From positions 16,554,001-16,618,000 of the forward strand of contig CM052851.1 of NCBI GenBank assembly GCA_028534125.1: a DNA stretch of 64,000 bases, read 5' to 3'. Source of the stretch: Lama glama. Its lineage: Eukaryota. The translations under genes and the position numbers were made by a program. Below, piece by piece: positions 36,390 to 50,297 of this stretch (position 1 is its first letter; every line of letters begins with the position of its first letter). The notes beneath the pieces are model-generated. The model did no database searches. It was not told the origin of the DNA and saw only the letters and a program-made list of their open reading frames with translations.

Positions 36390-36868
36390 ATTTGTTAGGG
36401 CTTTCTTAACTGTAACTGACAGCAGACCCGAAAGAAAGTTGAATAATCAGTTGATTGTATAGGGCAGTGCTGGGCCTCAGACACAACTTAACTAGGGACT
36501 CAAGTCCCATCACTCCTCTCTTCATTTTATACTTTTGCCTTTCTTGGGAATTTTGCTTCATTTTCTTTCTCCTCAGTTTTGCTTTTATTCACATGGTAGG
36601 CAACCTAGTTTTAGACAACTCACAAATTTTATATTTTATGGTTTTATCCCTGAAAGGAGACTATCCTGCTATTCTCTTTGGCCCAAATACTATATACACC
36701 TGGAGGAAGGGTCTCATCCTCCTCGCCAAGGTCTGTTGCTTCCCCCTGTGAAAGATGTGGTAGGACGATATTGTACAAAAGCTGACGCTTCCCTGGAGGC
36801 CAAATGGATGAGAGCTTGCATCTCCCATAAAAGCAGGTGCTGTTTAGATGAATCAATATATCCTCTAC
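36390..36868 (-). mobile_element. Old MLT1 (K/L-like) MaLR LTR
   Basis: gttagggctttcttaactgtaactgacagcagaccc...ctagggactcaa...atatcctctac. Confidence 0.55.
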
Positions 36869-37269
36869 TTGAAACCCATAATCACAGAGTTTGTGTTTAC
36901 AGAGAAAGATCAAATGATAATTGAGGGAAGTATACACTTAGAGGAAAGTCTGAAATCAAACTGCATGGAAGAGTCGCTAAAAAACAAACAAACAAAAAAT
37001 GGAGCAAATGGCATCAATCTGAAGAGTTTTGGGAGGCTAACATTAAACCAATAACCTGTAAAGTTGAGTTTTAGAAAGAAAAAAGGGGTCCAGGATTATT
37101 TACTCCAGTTATTTCTATAACTAGGGTGTCTAGGTCCTTCAGAATCCTGGAAATGGAGATTTTTCTATGAACTATTTTTTTAAACATATTTTTCTATTAA
37201 ATTTCTCTCCCACAGTACAAACAGCAGTAACAGTATCAACAACAAATCTTTATTTACTGAAACTGCTGA

Positions 37270-37755
37270 TATGACACAAAGCTGTAAATAAAATCTCCCC
37301 CCCCCCATTTTTATTGCCTCTCCCATCACAGAAAGATGAAATTTTATAGAGACACCTTGGGGTATTTCTTTTGACAGAACAGTATCATATTTTACATGTT
37401 ACTTTGAAAATTGATTTTCTTTCTTAATAATATGTCATGACCATCCCTGCATGTCAATCGTAATAATTCTAAAGCATATTTCAAGGAGCTGTGTAAGTTT
37501 TCACAGTAATAAAGTACCGCACTTTAACCATTCATTTATTGATGTTGTTCATATTCTTTCCAGTTTTTCTCCTTTTCAAACAATGTTCCAATAAAACTTT
37601 CCTTAACACTTCAGGCTTGACAATTTGTACTTTTATTTTAATAAGGCAGAGTCCTAAAACTCTGCCTTATCTATCAAAGATTTTATCTATTTTAAACTTA
37701 ATAGATACCACTAGATAATTTACAAAGAAGTTGTAGGAATTCATTTTCAAACCAG

Positions 37756-37804
<49 letters not shown>

Positions 37805-38270
37805 TAGCCATTTCTCTACATCTTCGAAGATGTGATGTAGTATTCTATTTTAAGTGTGGAAATGTAATTTTATTATTTATTTGCTTTGTTCTGATGACTA
37901 TTCCAGTTGAATATATTATTTTTATTGTCAATTAAAATTTTTCTTTTGTGAATTGCAAATACATATTCTTTCATCAGATGTCCATTGATTTGTTTGTCTT
38001 TCTCTGATCAGTTTGGACACGTTGTTTGTATATTACGGAGTGATAAATTATTTCTTTGTTACATATTTTGCAAATTTTCTCTAGGCTAATAATATATGTG
38101 GATATGACTTTTTGTTATTTTTTTCTATACACATAGCACACATAGTTATTTCGCCCTTATATTTGTGTGTACTTTATATATATATCTGTGTATACATATA
38201 TATACACTTTAATATATATATACTTTTCCTTTATAACATTTGAGTTTTTGTGTTTTGAAAAATCTAGCAA
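37270..38270 (-). mobile_element. Ancient L1ME-like fragment
   Basis: ctttaaccattcatttattgatg...ttccagttttt; ttttcttttgtgaattgc; attttgcaaattttctc resemble antisense L1 3' region. Confidence 0.65.
37760..37801. repeat. (AT)21 microsatellite
   Basis: Perfect run seen directly. Confidence 0.97.
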
Positions 38271-39905
38271 GAAGACCCCACATACCATATTAGAAGCTTT
38301 CATTTTGAAAGTACAAATACAATTTTGATGAATAAAAAATTATGAAGTGAGAAAGTTGCTTAGTAAATGGGAGTTTTCTTAGTAGTATTCATCTTTCAAA
38401 ATATGGAGAATGTGGTGACTTCAACAAAAGCTGTCTTTGTTGTAAAGTGTTTGGAAGTTTTTGGTCTAAGACAGGTGACTTATTTTAAGGTAGAAGCAAA
38501 AAATTACAGAATAGTGAAATGGCTTGTACCTGTCTCTGATATTGAAGATGAGAGTAAATTTAATGAATCTGTGAAGTAAAATATCTGAAAATACATTTAA
38601 TGAGAACAAGATGAAACTGGCTACATATAGCTTCCCTCTGCCCTTGGCCTTGTGACGTGCTCTTTTCCACTGACTCGTACATTGCTTTACAGAAGAGCCA
38701 GCCCAGCAAAGAAGTAGTGGGGACCGTCAATACTTTATAGGTCTTTGAGGACACACTTGGGGTTAAGTTACCCTAACCAGAGATGGCCAACTTTAAGAGC
38801 AAATAAGATTTCTCTTAATATATACTGATTCTTTTACTGTTATCACCGTAACAATGCAGCCCCATGATAAGACAATAGCATTACAGTTAAGAGTGCATAA
38901 AGTGAACCAATAAACTAACTTGAAAACACCAAAACTGGCCAGATTTCTGGCCACGGGGACAGAATTGTTATAGGGATGGTCCAGAGAAAAGAAGACAATT
39001 TATTTGAACAGTAGATGTCAAAAGGGAGGGACCACCTACAAATCCTAGTCCTTAAGAAACATGGCTCTTAGCTATAAAGTCATACATTAATAACACAACA
39101 GTGCCAATAAACAGAATATTTTTGAAACTTTATTGCTCTTATCATCTTTGACAACATATCACTATGAGAAAGTCAATAGGGACTTCTTCCCTTTCCAGCA
39201 TACTAAATGTTTGAATCAAGCTTCTAAGAATTCCTTATCTACCACTTGCAAGTGTAGGGACAGCTCTGCATATTCCAGTGGAGCAGTCTAAGATTTGAAT
39301 TCAGTAGGAAGCAGAGCTTGAAATGGGATCTAAGCATCTCAAATAATATTCCAACACTAATAATGGATCTCAAAAGTCTCTGGAGCCTGCTCAAAATTTC
39401 ACCTGAACTATGAGTTACTTCCCTATGACACATATCTTCCTAGGTATGATCTACTTGATGCAATCAATTAATTGTCACAGATTCCATTTTCAAAAGTGGT
39501 CCATGGGGTTCGGTGTTTTCCATGTTGAAGAGCCATTTTTATGTTATGCTACTTATTGAACTTACTGTGGTTGCTTTGTCAAAATCTAAATCAGTTATGA
39601 TATTGATGAAATGTAATTTGGTAATGTAACTTTTTTCCCACTAAGGATTATATGTCTCTCAAATTTGCCCCTACGTCTCCACACTGTCTCTTTAGAACCT
39701 CCATTTTGGAGCTTCCATTACTCTCATCTACATCAGTGCAATAACCTAAATATTCTTCTGATCTTTTGTCTCATGCCCTCGTTACTTTCTCCAACGTGTA
39801 GCCAAATCAGTATTTCTAAAATATAAACCTAATTATACTTAAAATACTTCAAGGGTCTCATATGCACACCTTTTAATACAGTTTGAATGCTTTGCCATGG
39901 CATTC

Positions 39906-40317
39906 TGTACTAGAGTCTGACTCCATTTTGGGGGGTTGGACTACTAGTAAAATTTAAGCCTCATCCTTCCCTCTTCTCCTTCTGCTCATATCCAGTCAAG
40001 CTTATAAGAAAGCCTGGATGCTACCTCCTTTGGTGATATAAGATTCAATCCATGTATGCTCTTATCCAGGTACAAGAATCCTTACCCCCAGCCCTGCATC
40101 CTAATCACAGTGAAAACCTCAAGTGAGTTTACTTACTGTAGTTATCAAGCCATGTTGGACCAGCTTGGGAAGCTTTCTCTGTTTTCTCTCAGAAGTTGCA
40201 TTATATAACTAAGATACAGTTTCATACCTTCTTGGTGTGTGCGTGGCATCATCAGTTTTGACATCTGAACCACATTTTCATTGAGGGTCCATCCTGTTTA
40301 TCAGTGTGACTGCAACA
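39906..40317 (+). mobile_element. ERVL-class solo LTR (LTR47-like, name tentative) inserted in L2
   Basis: tgtactagagtctgactccatttt...ataagaaagcctggatgct...gtggcatcatcagttttgacatctgaacc...tgcaaca; same family as 9179-9564. Confidence 0.8.
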
Positions 40318-40359
40318 TACACCAGGCTTTTCTATTTAGTGCCAGCCTACTTTCTACAT

Positions 40360-41100
40360 TCTTATTTGGCAAAAACTTACTGAGAACCTACTATAAGCCA
40401 TGTACTTTCTAGGCATTTGGGAGATGTTGGAAAACAACATAAATAAGATATGGTATTCTAGCACAGAAAACCAAACAATAAGTAAACAAATTAATAAATG
40501 AATCTGTATAGGGGTAATTGCTATTAAAAAAAAGAAAAAGAGGGTGATGTGACATAGTCTGGGCAGATAGGGTTAGACTGGATTTTTAGATAAGGATTCA
40601 TTGAGAAGGTGATGCGACTTGAACACTACAAGCAAGAAATTCTCACCCATGCAAATATTTAGGATAAAGTCATTCCAAGAAAGGAAAATAGTAAGTATAA
40701 AGTCCCTATGGTGTGAAAGAAAGGATTTGTTGTGTTTTAGAAATAGAATGAAGGCTGTTTATGCTGAGCGTAGTCAATAAGGGAAAGAAAAAACAAGAGG
40801 AAAGATCATAGCATCTGCTAGGTCATGTGAAGGAATATGAGTTTTAGTCTCAGTTCAGTGGAAAACCAATGAAGGGTTTATCATGATCTGATTTGTGTTT
40901 TCACCAATAATTCTGGCTGCTAAGAGGAGAATAAATTGGGCTAAGCGAGAGTGGGAACAGAAAACAATTAGTATGCTAAGGAAAAAAAATTCAGTGAGAG
41001 ATAATGGAGGCTTGGACAATAGTGGTAATATTGGAGAAGAGAAGTGAGTGAATTTTGATTATATTTAGGACATAAAGAAAGTTTGCTATTTTCTTGACAG
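40360..41100 (-). mobile_element. L2 fragment
   Basis: cttactgagaacctactataagccatgtac; catgatctgatttgtgtttt; gagagataatggaggcttggac. Confidence 0.8.
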
Positions 41101-42254
41101 AGGGTGGCAAGCATCCTTTCTCTGGGCACCTGGAACATCATAGAGTTCCTGAACACTCCTCTTGTATGATTTATACTCGATGTGCCCTGTAAAGGTCACT
41201 CAGCTCTGCTGAGAACCCTTTCTTGCCTGGCCCGATCATGTTGGGCTTACACAGAAGCCTGTGAATACTTTTATCACAGCATTTATCAGAACATATTGTA
41301 ATTGTTGTTTGCCTTTCTCTAAGTCGGAAGTAAACCCAGTGATGAACGAAGTGCTTGACAGTGTCAGCATTTAATAAATCTCTGTTGAATGAATGAGTAA
41401 GAGCATGCCCTTATGAGCCACTGCAACGGAGGGGTATAAATAAGGCCTTTGAGCCTTGCACCAGCCCTATAGCATCTGATGAGTACTACCAAAGGTCTGG
41501 GACCCGTGCAGAGAGTTTCTTTTAATTACCTCAGGAGTTCTCAAGAAGAATGATCAGAACATCTTAAATGGTAATGAGCTGGAAAATGGAAAGGGGCTTA
41601 CAAATTGGAAAATGAAAATAGTAACCTCAGATGCTACAAAATTAGCTTAAAAAGCAAGGTAACTGGAGGGAGGTGAGCAAGTCATCCTAAGAGAAAAGAT
41701 TAAATGCCACTGAGTACAGGTCATGTCCTATTACCTAGTACATTAATCTTGCAGAGGTTTTTTTTTTTATTTCCAAAAATTACTTTTTAAACCCTGACTG
41801 ATGTCCTATTATTTTAAGATGTATTTTATACAAGAGTTCCATAGGGGACAAAACCCCAGATTTTTGAATAGTATAATAAAGGGAAGTTACATATAACTGG
41901 GATTTCTAATTCAGGTCTTGCCCTTATGTTGCTCTGTTGAGTAAATGAGTCCTTGGGCCTCAATATCCTCATACATTAAAGAAAAATAACAACATAGAAG
42001 TAGTATTTCACATTCTTTCCAACTCTAATATTCCATAAGTTGCAGACATTCATCATTTTAGGATTTGTCTTATTGATTTGGTGATGATGCAGTAAGGAGC
42101 AAAAAATCATAATTCCACTTAAAATATATATAAAATGTTGATTTAAGTATAGTAAGTATAGAGATGTAATAATTGGAACTCTGGTGAGAACATAGACATT
42201 GAGATGTTTGTCAGCTGAATAGTCACCTGTTCTTTGTATGATGTTGCCTTGAAT

Positions 42255-42695
42255 TAATGACTAACACTTTTACAGTTTACAAAAGGCTTTCACATCCATC
42301 ATTTAAGTATATTATCAGAACCACTAGCTACTATATAAAGTCGGTGCTGTCAGTTCCATTTTAGTTGTGGGTACACCAAGGCTAACAAAGTTTGTATCAT
42401 GACGCTAGATAACTTGCATGAAGCATAACCAAGGCTAGAACCCAGGTCTCCTGTCTCCTAGTCTGGAACTCTTTCCTTAACTCCAGGAAATCTCTGTGGC
42501 TGAGATTTTGCATGTAATACATTATGCAATCCTATGATATAGGACCTATGAGCAGTTCTATGACATAGGTAATAATAGTTCCTATTGTCAAATGAGAAAA
42601 CCAAAAATCTAAGAAGTAACTTGCCCAAGATCTCATAGACATGAAATAACTGAGTTGAGATTCCACCCAAGATCTAATTCTAAAGGCCACCATAA
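42255..42695 (-). mobile_element. Two tandem MIR fragments
   Basis: tttacagtttacaaaaggctttcacatccatc...ggctagaacccaggtctcctg; aaatgagaaaaccaaaaatctaagaagtaacttgcccaagatc. Confidence 0.75.
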
Positions 42696-43744
42696 AGGAC
42701 TGTCTTTCCAACTGATATGGGAAATAAATGCCAAACTCTTTTCAGGGATTTTAAAAAGCATTAAGTAGAGTTGGCCATGTAGGAACAGTAGAGTAAAAAA
42801 TCGTAAGCTAAACTGTAAACTCAGGATTTTTCCTGGGATGATTTAGCTGAAGCCATTTTGGGTATGCATTTGACATGATATTCCATCTATTTATCTCTGC
42901 ATGTCTATAGAGCAGAGACATCTAAGCCTAATTTAGTGACACATAAAAGTAATGGCCGTGACATAAGGATTCATAATATTTTATATTTAGAGAATGTATC
43001 AGTCCTCCCAGGAAAAATCTGTAGGTATGTATGATCATGAAATACGATGATGTTCCCCAGTCTAATGTTTTTTTATACCTTCCTGCTTCACTGATAATAG
43101 TCTGTCATATTCTTATGAATAGTCCATGAACTATATCCTTAACTGTGTAGGTGTTGGTGTTATACCCAATTTCCCCCCTGTTGCTATGTATCAAGATAAC
43201 CTTTTAAACATTAATTGATAGTGATTTGCTAAGTTCATTTATTAAGTTCTGAAAGACTCAGGATCATCTCCTCCAGACCAAGTAGCTTCTAAATTCTCTA
43301 CAATTTAGTCTTGGCCATTATGCTTTATTTCTTTCTTCAGCCCTTCCAATGATTATGTCTCTTTTTGCTGCATTCCTAGACCTTTTGTCTTCCATTTAGT
43401 CTCTAATGGATTCAAGTTGTGGGGTCATTTTCTTTGTATGCTTACTAACCTCTCTCATCATATCTCAGAACATCCTGGAACAAAAAAAGGTATTGCATGG
43501 AGGAAAAATAATACTGTACTTTTTGGTTAGATTTATGCATTTATTTTATACCTGAATAGATCATTTAAAGAATAAATAACATTGATTAAGCAAATAGTGT
43601 ATACCCTGAACTTCAGATAATTAGGAAGACACTTGTAGTTTTTTCCCCTGCTTCCAAGAAATGAAAATTCTAAAGGGTAATATGAGTCACATATATGGAA
43701 CTTAAGACACGTTCTTTGCTTTGTTGAATTTTGGGAAAATTATA

Positions 43745-43905
43745 GGCCCTGGAGTCAAGGTTGTCTGGATTTAAATCATGAACTTATCAGATGATATTTC
43801 TGCTACCTTGAACATATTCCTTCTTTGCAACTCAGTTTCCTCCTCCTCATGTTGATCACAAAGGGTTGCAGTGAGATAAAATGAAATATGTATGTGAAAA
43901 TGTCA
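43745..43905 (+). mobile_element. MIR SINE
   Basis: ctggagtcaagg...ctcagtttcctc...agggttgcagtgagataaaatgaa. Confidence 0.7.
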
Positions 43906-45569
43906 GCTAGCCTACTCCTTTTGAAAGACGTTTGATATTTTCCTTTTAACTGTTCAGCATCTAACCCTTGGCCTACTAGCTATCTGATATCCCTTCTGGG
44001 GTACTTTCTCTTAATGTGCTGGTCCCTGCCTCCTCCTGACGACGACTCCTGATGACTCACTCTAAGGGACTAGTGGGAAGCTTGACTTTTCCTGTACGTA
44101 TTTTACCTTTTATTGAGGGTGAGCAAGGGACATAAACTTGGCCAAACAGACAATTGCCCATAGGACATTAAACATTGAGTTAGTGAACACAATGGAGAAA
44201 ATGTTTGGAGTTTAGGTTGATCACAGAGTTAGTAATGCTCTTTCAGTCTTTTCCTATAGCATGATGGCAGTAGAGTGTCTTATTCTAAAAAATAATTCAA
44301 TATTATGGAAATTTCCCAATAGATGGAAGTTGTGTCTTGCAAGAGCTTGAATTAAAAAGTCTAGTTTATAATTTGCACAAAGGACTTGTATAGCAAACGA
44401 TGGCTCCAATACCTTGGCAAGTCACTTAACTTCTATTTTCTCTTTGAAAGGGGAAATAATAATACATATCATGTTGATGTGAAGTTCAAGTAAGAAAACA
44501 GAATGGATGTGTTCTGTATGGGCCTAACAGAATGTGACCGAATGCTTATGTTGATGGTGTGGGAATGAGGGTGTAAGTAAGAGTTGAAAGGAGTAACAGT
44601 GTTTGCCCCATGCAGTTGTAGGAGACTTACGGAAAAGTGGAAAAGCTTAAGGATCTTACTAGAAATAATGGAAAGATGTAGCTGTTTTTTGTCTTGGGGT
44701 ATGAGAAATATAAGTAGAAAGAGTGAAAGTCTAATGATATGTTTCCCAAGATGTGTATGAATAACACATGCAACTAAAAAAAAAGGGTAGCTTTTGGATT
44801 TTGATGACACCAACTAATAACATATGGTTAACATGTTTCATTTCAATATTTTTCCTTTCTCTCTGGATGAGGGAACCACATATCCTCTTTCCAATGCCTT
44901 GATCCAATCCCCAAGTCCACCACAGTGTTTCACTCCTAGTGGGAATTCCTCACTAGATGTATTTTTGCATCCTGAGTACGGTCATGTTCTGTTCTTTTTC
45001 ATTGGTAAATCTGTTTATCAGTGAAATAGCACATTCACACCAAATTAGAAAGAAAGAACAACAAAAGGATTCCCACCTGGTTTTCTTCCCAGAAATTAGA
45101 AATGACACTAATGAGATATTTTTCAAGGGTAACAATGAACTGACAAAAAATCTACTCTTGTGTCTCTCTTGGCACAATGTCATTATCAGTCGTGAGAAGA
45201 ATGGCACAGTTTTGTGTAGATGGTGGAGTCTGAAATCACAACTGCTGAAAAGTTTGGGGAATTAGATGCTTATGAGCACATCTCACTTTGCAGTCCCCAA
45301 ACATAAGCTACATGGGAGATGGTAAATGAAATCATTCATGGTGACAAAATTGTGCCATAGGCTAAAATGAGACTAGCAATTTATACCTGTTCAGGAAGAA
45401 TCATTTTCATCTCAACCATCAGATATATGTGCAAAGTATAAATTTATATTCCAGTGGTAGCCAGAGATGGTATTCACAAATACGTCCTACACTGGTGGAT
45501 GTTCCTGACCAGTTAGCTGCATGTGCATGAGTGCACACACACTCACACACTTACACTAACACAAATTGT

Positions 45570-45660
45570 GTGTTGGAATATGTGCTTTTTTTTGGTGAGG
45601 AAATTTATAGCTCCTATTAGATTCTCAAAGGGCTGTCACTCATACAAGTTAAGAGCTGTT
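45570..45660. mobile_element. MER103C-like hAT fragment
   Basis: tttatagctcctattagattctcaaagggctgtcactcatacaagttaagagc. Confidence 0.5.
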
Positions 45661-46319
45661 ATTCTTCCATGTTTTTCTCCCATTTAATAAAGTATATGAA
45701 AATTCAACTAAATGATAGTTGACGTAATGAATGTGATAATCTTGAATAAATTTTAAATATTTCACTCATATGAAGCTTTAGCTATTCTTAATAAAAGACC
45801 TCAAAGTTGATTGTTAGCCTCCAGTGTGTAGCTACCAAGGGTGAGAATTGCTGCTCTAGGAAGCTGCGCAGAATCAGGGAGGCACAGACGTTCAGAGCAG
45901 GTGTTCAGAGTTCATTTATTACAAGTAATTTCCAAATTTATTTTCTGTAAAAAAAAACAAACAAAAACAATGCAACCCTTTTCTCAAATAAAATATGGGA
46001 AAATCCTGACATATAAAACACACAGAAAAGAAACTGCTTTGGTCCTTTGTGACCTTGGATTGTTCCCATTCCACCTCTTCCCCACTCCCCCACACAGCAC
46101 AGATACAGAGCCACCCAAAGTTTTATTTTGTTTATAGGCCACATATCTGTTTTATTTTTTATATCCTTTTCTGCACTATCTGTTGTGTATTTCAGCATTT
46201 GGTTAGCTACTTTTCATGGTATGAATTATGTCATGTAGCTTTTTATGAGACAGATACTAAAGGTCTTGGTTGACTCCCTGTTAAGTTTTGCTCACATTGA
46301 TCTATCTGCTCTCACTATT

Positions 46320-46560
46320 GATCTTGGAGTCAGGTGTATTTGAGATGGAATTGTGGCTCCGTGATTCATTAGCTGCGAGGTCTTAGGCAAGTCCCAGGAC
46401 TGCTTTATGTGTCAGTTTCCTTATCTGGGAATTGTGGTAAAAAGTAAAGTAATTATGGTGATGATGATAATAATGCCAATAATGATAGTAACAATAATGG
46501 TAATAATGGTAATATATACCCACAGGGTTGCTGTGAGATTTAAATGAAAGAATGTTCATG
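46320..46560 (+). mobile_element. MIR SINE with an internal degenerate (TAA/TGA/TGG)n expansion
   Basis: ttagctgcgaggtcttaggcaagtc...cagtttccttatctg, ~65 bp of triplet repeats, then cacagggttgctgtgagatttaaatga. Confidence 0.8.
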
Positions 46561-46919
46561 ACAGGTCATTTTCTTAATAACCTAAATTCATTCTTGATAA
46601 CCCTGCCTCTAGCTATTATAGCCTCTATTAAATATAAATATAGTTCTATTCATTTTAATGGGAAAGTTATGATGATTTTGGTCCCAATCTAAGGCAGACA
46701 ATTTTCAGAAATAGAAAAGTATGTCAATTGCATAATGATAAAAGTAATAAATAACTATTTGAAAGTAAATTAACATGATTTGTATGTAAAGTTTAATGTA
46801 ACAAAGGTTTACTTACTGAAGAAGTAAGGGAAAGGTGGATGGGCAATTGATAGTTGTAAAAGAAGGTGCAAAAAGTTGATCTTCAGAAATGCGTTATATT
46901 TGTTCATATATGTATTTAT

Positions 46920-47695
46920 AGTTCAGCCTTATTGAGAGGTATAATTGACATACAATATAGTAAGATATTTAAAGTACACATATACAGTTTGAAAGGGTTC
47001 CCCCATCTAATTAATTAACACATCCTTCACCTCACTCACTCATTTATTTATTTATTTATTTACTTATTTATTTATAGTAAGTACATTTAACTTACACTCT
47101 CTTAGCAAATATCAACTATGCAGTTCAGTGTTGTAAACTATAGTCACCATGTTTTACATTAGATCCTCAGTCCTTATTCATCTTTTACCTGAAAATTTGA
47201 ACCCTTTTATCCATCTCACTATTTAGCCTATCCCTCAGCCCCCGGCAACCAGTTTATTTTGTGTTTTTATGAGTGTGACTTTTTTTTTTAAGTTTCCACA
47301 TACAAGCAATACAATGCAGTATTTGTCTTTCTCTGTTTGCTTTATTTCACTTAGTACAATGCCCTCAAATTCTATCCATGTTGGTGCAAGTGGCAGTATT
47401 TCCTTCTCTCTCATGGTTGAGTTATATTTACATATTTAAATATATTTTTATACATTTATATATTATATGTGTACATATAACATGTATTTATATAAATTTA
47501 TATATAGATAGATACACAGATACATAGATACATAGAGAGATACATATCTCACATCCTCTTTATCCACTCATCCATTGATGCATACTTGGGTTGTTTCCAT
47601 AACCTGGCTATTTTGAATAATGTTACAGTGAACATGGGGGTTCAGATATCTCCCTGCTATCCTATTTTCATTTCCTTTGGGTATATATATCCAAA
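46920..47695 (-). mobile_element. L1MA9-like 5'-truncated LINE-1
   Basis: ggtataattgacatacaa...aactatagtcaccatgttttacattagatcctcag...gcagtatttgtctttctctg...gggttgtttccat. Confidence 0.85.
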
Positions 47696-49018
47696 TATAT
47701 TATTTTAAAACTATTTTCTTCAATGAATTTTTACCATTTGGGGGATTTTGGTGATTTTGCCCTTAAACTACACTTAATAAGTGTATAGCACAGGAAAAAA
47801 AAACCTATTTTATACCAAAATAAAAAGCTACAACCATGGTACTTTGAAACACATAGAAACAACATACACGCAGCGTGTATGTTGAGTAAACTGAGAGTAA
47901 ACTGGAGAGTCTTAGTGCTGGCTTGTCATCACACTGACTCAGCATCTGTATGCAAAGAAAACCCATTTAACTTTATTCAAAATGTAACTCATCAAATTTA
48001 CTCCTTATGATATTCTCTAACTGGAAACTTTGGTGTCAAGTTAACTGGTGATTATGTCTTTGCCTGAAATCATAGGTTGAAGTATTACCTTCTATACTGT
48101 ATTTACTTAATGTGTGGTGGGAAGAAAAACATCTCCGTACTGGAAACAAGGGAGTCAGTGTCCAAACAGCAGTATCCCTTATCAAGGTGGTGCTCATTCT
48201 CTAACGGAACTGGCATTATGTGCAGTCAAGTCTGTACTTTGCACAGGTGAGGACATCAGAGTAGGAAATCTAGAAACCTAGTTGTCCCCCTCTTCCAGCA
48301 CTCTTTCCCATCCTCTTTTTCTTCCTATATTCCTTCCATCTCTAGCTACTACATTTAAAACTTCAACTTCACAGAATAACTCAAAAACGACCTACAGTTT
48401 CTATGAACTGCAAAACAATGTCTCAAAACAATGTCTTGCTTTCATCTCTGGAAAAACTCAAGCTGATTTCAAATCTGCATCTAGGCTGTGTCTTTTTCCT
48501 GAGAACATTGAGATGTTTCAGAGACATGTCATGTTGTTTTCCAACATCCCTGTGAGGTAGAGTGATAGATGTGTACTATTTTTTTTCCCAGCAAGGCAAA
48601 GTGAACTGTCCAGGTTTACAAAAGCTGGACTCCAGCAGTGTCACTGCCCATCTGTATTACCTTGTTTCCTCATTTATGCTTTTCTCAAAGTGAGCATATT
48701 GAGTAGAGACAGAAGTCCAAACAAACCTATCTTTCCCCATAGTATTCTCAGCCTCAGAAGATAAATTAAAATTACTAGAAGCATCTGTTTGATATTTTCC
48801 CATTAGAAACTCACAATATATTGCCCATTCTGCCTTCTAGTCATCGCATAGTCACAGATTCACATCAGCAAGAATCCATACCGAAAGGCCTTTCACTTTT
48901 TGCCAACTCTACATGCTTGAGGCCACAACTCTCTGGTAGTGACTCGCTGCTGCTATTGTATTGGATTTGGAGGACAGAAGAGTCCTAAAGGGCTCAGAAA
49001 TTATAGTTTGAAACATGT

Positions 49019-50069
49019 TGTAGCAGCCATGAGCATGTGCTTTGAGGCCTTCAACTTCAGGGTGCATAACTGACTCACAAGGGCCCAGCTATGCACTCTG
49101 AATTCCATTTATGTGTTTGAACATGCCTCCCACAGCTGCTCCCAGCCAATGATTGAGCACAGCCTGGTTCCCAAAGAGGGCTTGTTACTGGGAGGCATGG
49201 TCTGCTCTGGTGACAAATGTTCCTCAGACCGTAGAAAACTCTAGGACGCTTCCCCCCATCCTTCTTTCCTTCCCTCTCTGCTCCACTTTGGGGCAGACTT
49301 CTATCCCAGTGTGTTGGCTCTCCCAGTCTTACTTGTGTCAAACAAAGAATAAATCCAGACTTGGATAAGGAGAGTCTTATTCAAAAAGACTACTGCAGTA
49401 AGGGGAGGGATCTGTTGAAATAAGGAGAGTTCCCTGACCATGACAGTTGAAAGGTCAGGCAGAAAAGGGCCTTTTTTTTTTTTTTCTCAATAGGGAGGAG
49501 TAGATAAGGCTAGAAAGAACCATGTGTGGGCATGTGGAATGAGTGAATGGTGTGATCAGACAATTAATCAGGAAATATTTTCCCCTTAAGTCAGCTGATT
49601 CTTGGATGGACTGCTCTGAGAAGGGGTCGTTCTGCATTTCTCTTCTTAAGGGTGAGCCAAAGTTCAGGGACTGAGGGAAGTAGCGAAGCCTGACTCAAGT
49701 TTGGTTAAATCAAGTTAATGGACATTTCATCCAGTTGGACAGTTGTGACAAACAGTTCAGCCAATAATTTAGGGGACAAAGAATGAGAATTTTTAGTCTG
49801 TGTCTGGTTTTGTCATAAATAAACAAGTGGTTCATCCAGCAGTCTTGTTTAAGTCAAGGGTGTTTTTTGCAGTAAGCCATTTCTTGGAACACAAAAGGGG
49901 ATGGATTTCTTATTCATCACTGGAGCTCCAAGAGCACAGAGCTCAGGTAAAGTTCAACATCGTCATTTGGCATCCTCCCCATTTTGTCTCACAGGTTTTT
50001 CGCCAAATAAAAATTCTCGCACATTTAATCCTATCTTGCTGTCTGCTTCTTGGAGAACCTGGACTAACA
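49019..50069 (+). mobile_element. LTR16B-like ERVL solo LTR, host of a nested LTR
   Basis: tgtagcagccatg...gctgctcccagccaatgattgagcac...gtctgcttcttggagaacctggactaaca; CATGT on both flanks (49014-49018, 50070-50074). Confidence 0.8.
49336..49965 (-). mobile_element. ERV1 solo LTR (MER90/MER92-like, name tentative) nested in LTR16B
   Basis: tgtcaaacaaagaataaatccagactt...gagcacagagctcaggtaaagttcaacatcgtca; 4-bp flanks cttg/tttg. Confidence 0.8.
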
Positions 50070-50123
50070 CATGTTTCTTATATGCCTTTTCTTACCTTTC
50101 CCATTAGTGTAACACTCTTTATA

Positions 50124-50297
50124 CTAGTGATTCTCAAGTTTTATTATGCATAGAAATTGTATGTACAGCTTGCTACAATGCAGATTCCTAAGGACCAATA
50201 CAGAAAGATGTCACGGATCTAGGGTGGAGATGAAAATGAAGCATTCAGGTTAGTTAATTGTGAGAGGTCTTCAAACCACACATTGAGTAAATACTGC
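50124..50297. mobile_element. MER5A-like hAT MITE
   Basis: tagtgattctcaag...aatgcagattcct...accacacattgagtaaatactg. Confidence 0.7.

Noticed and set aside
36455-37054. Cluster of overlapping 68-129 aa ORFs
   Set aside because: They lie mostly within an old MLT1 LTR and show no protein similarity that I recognise
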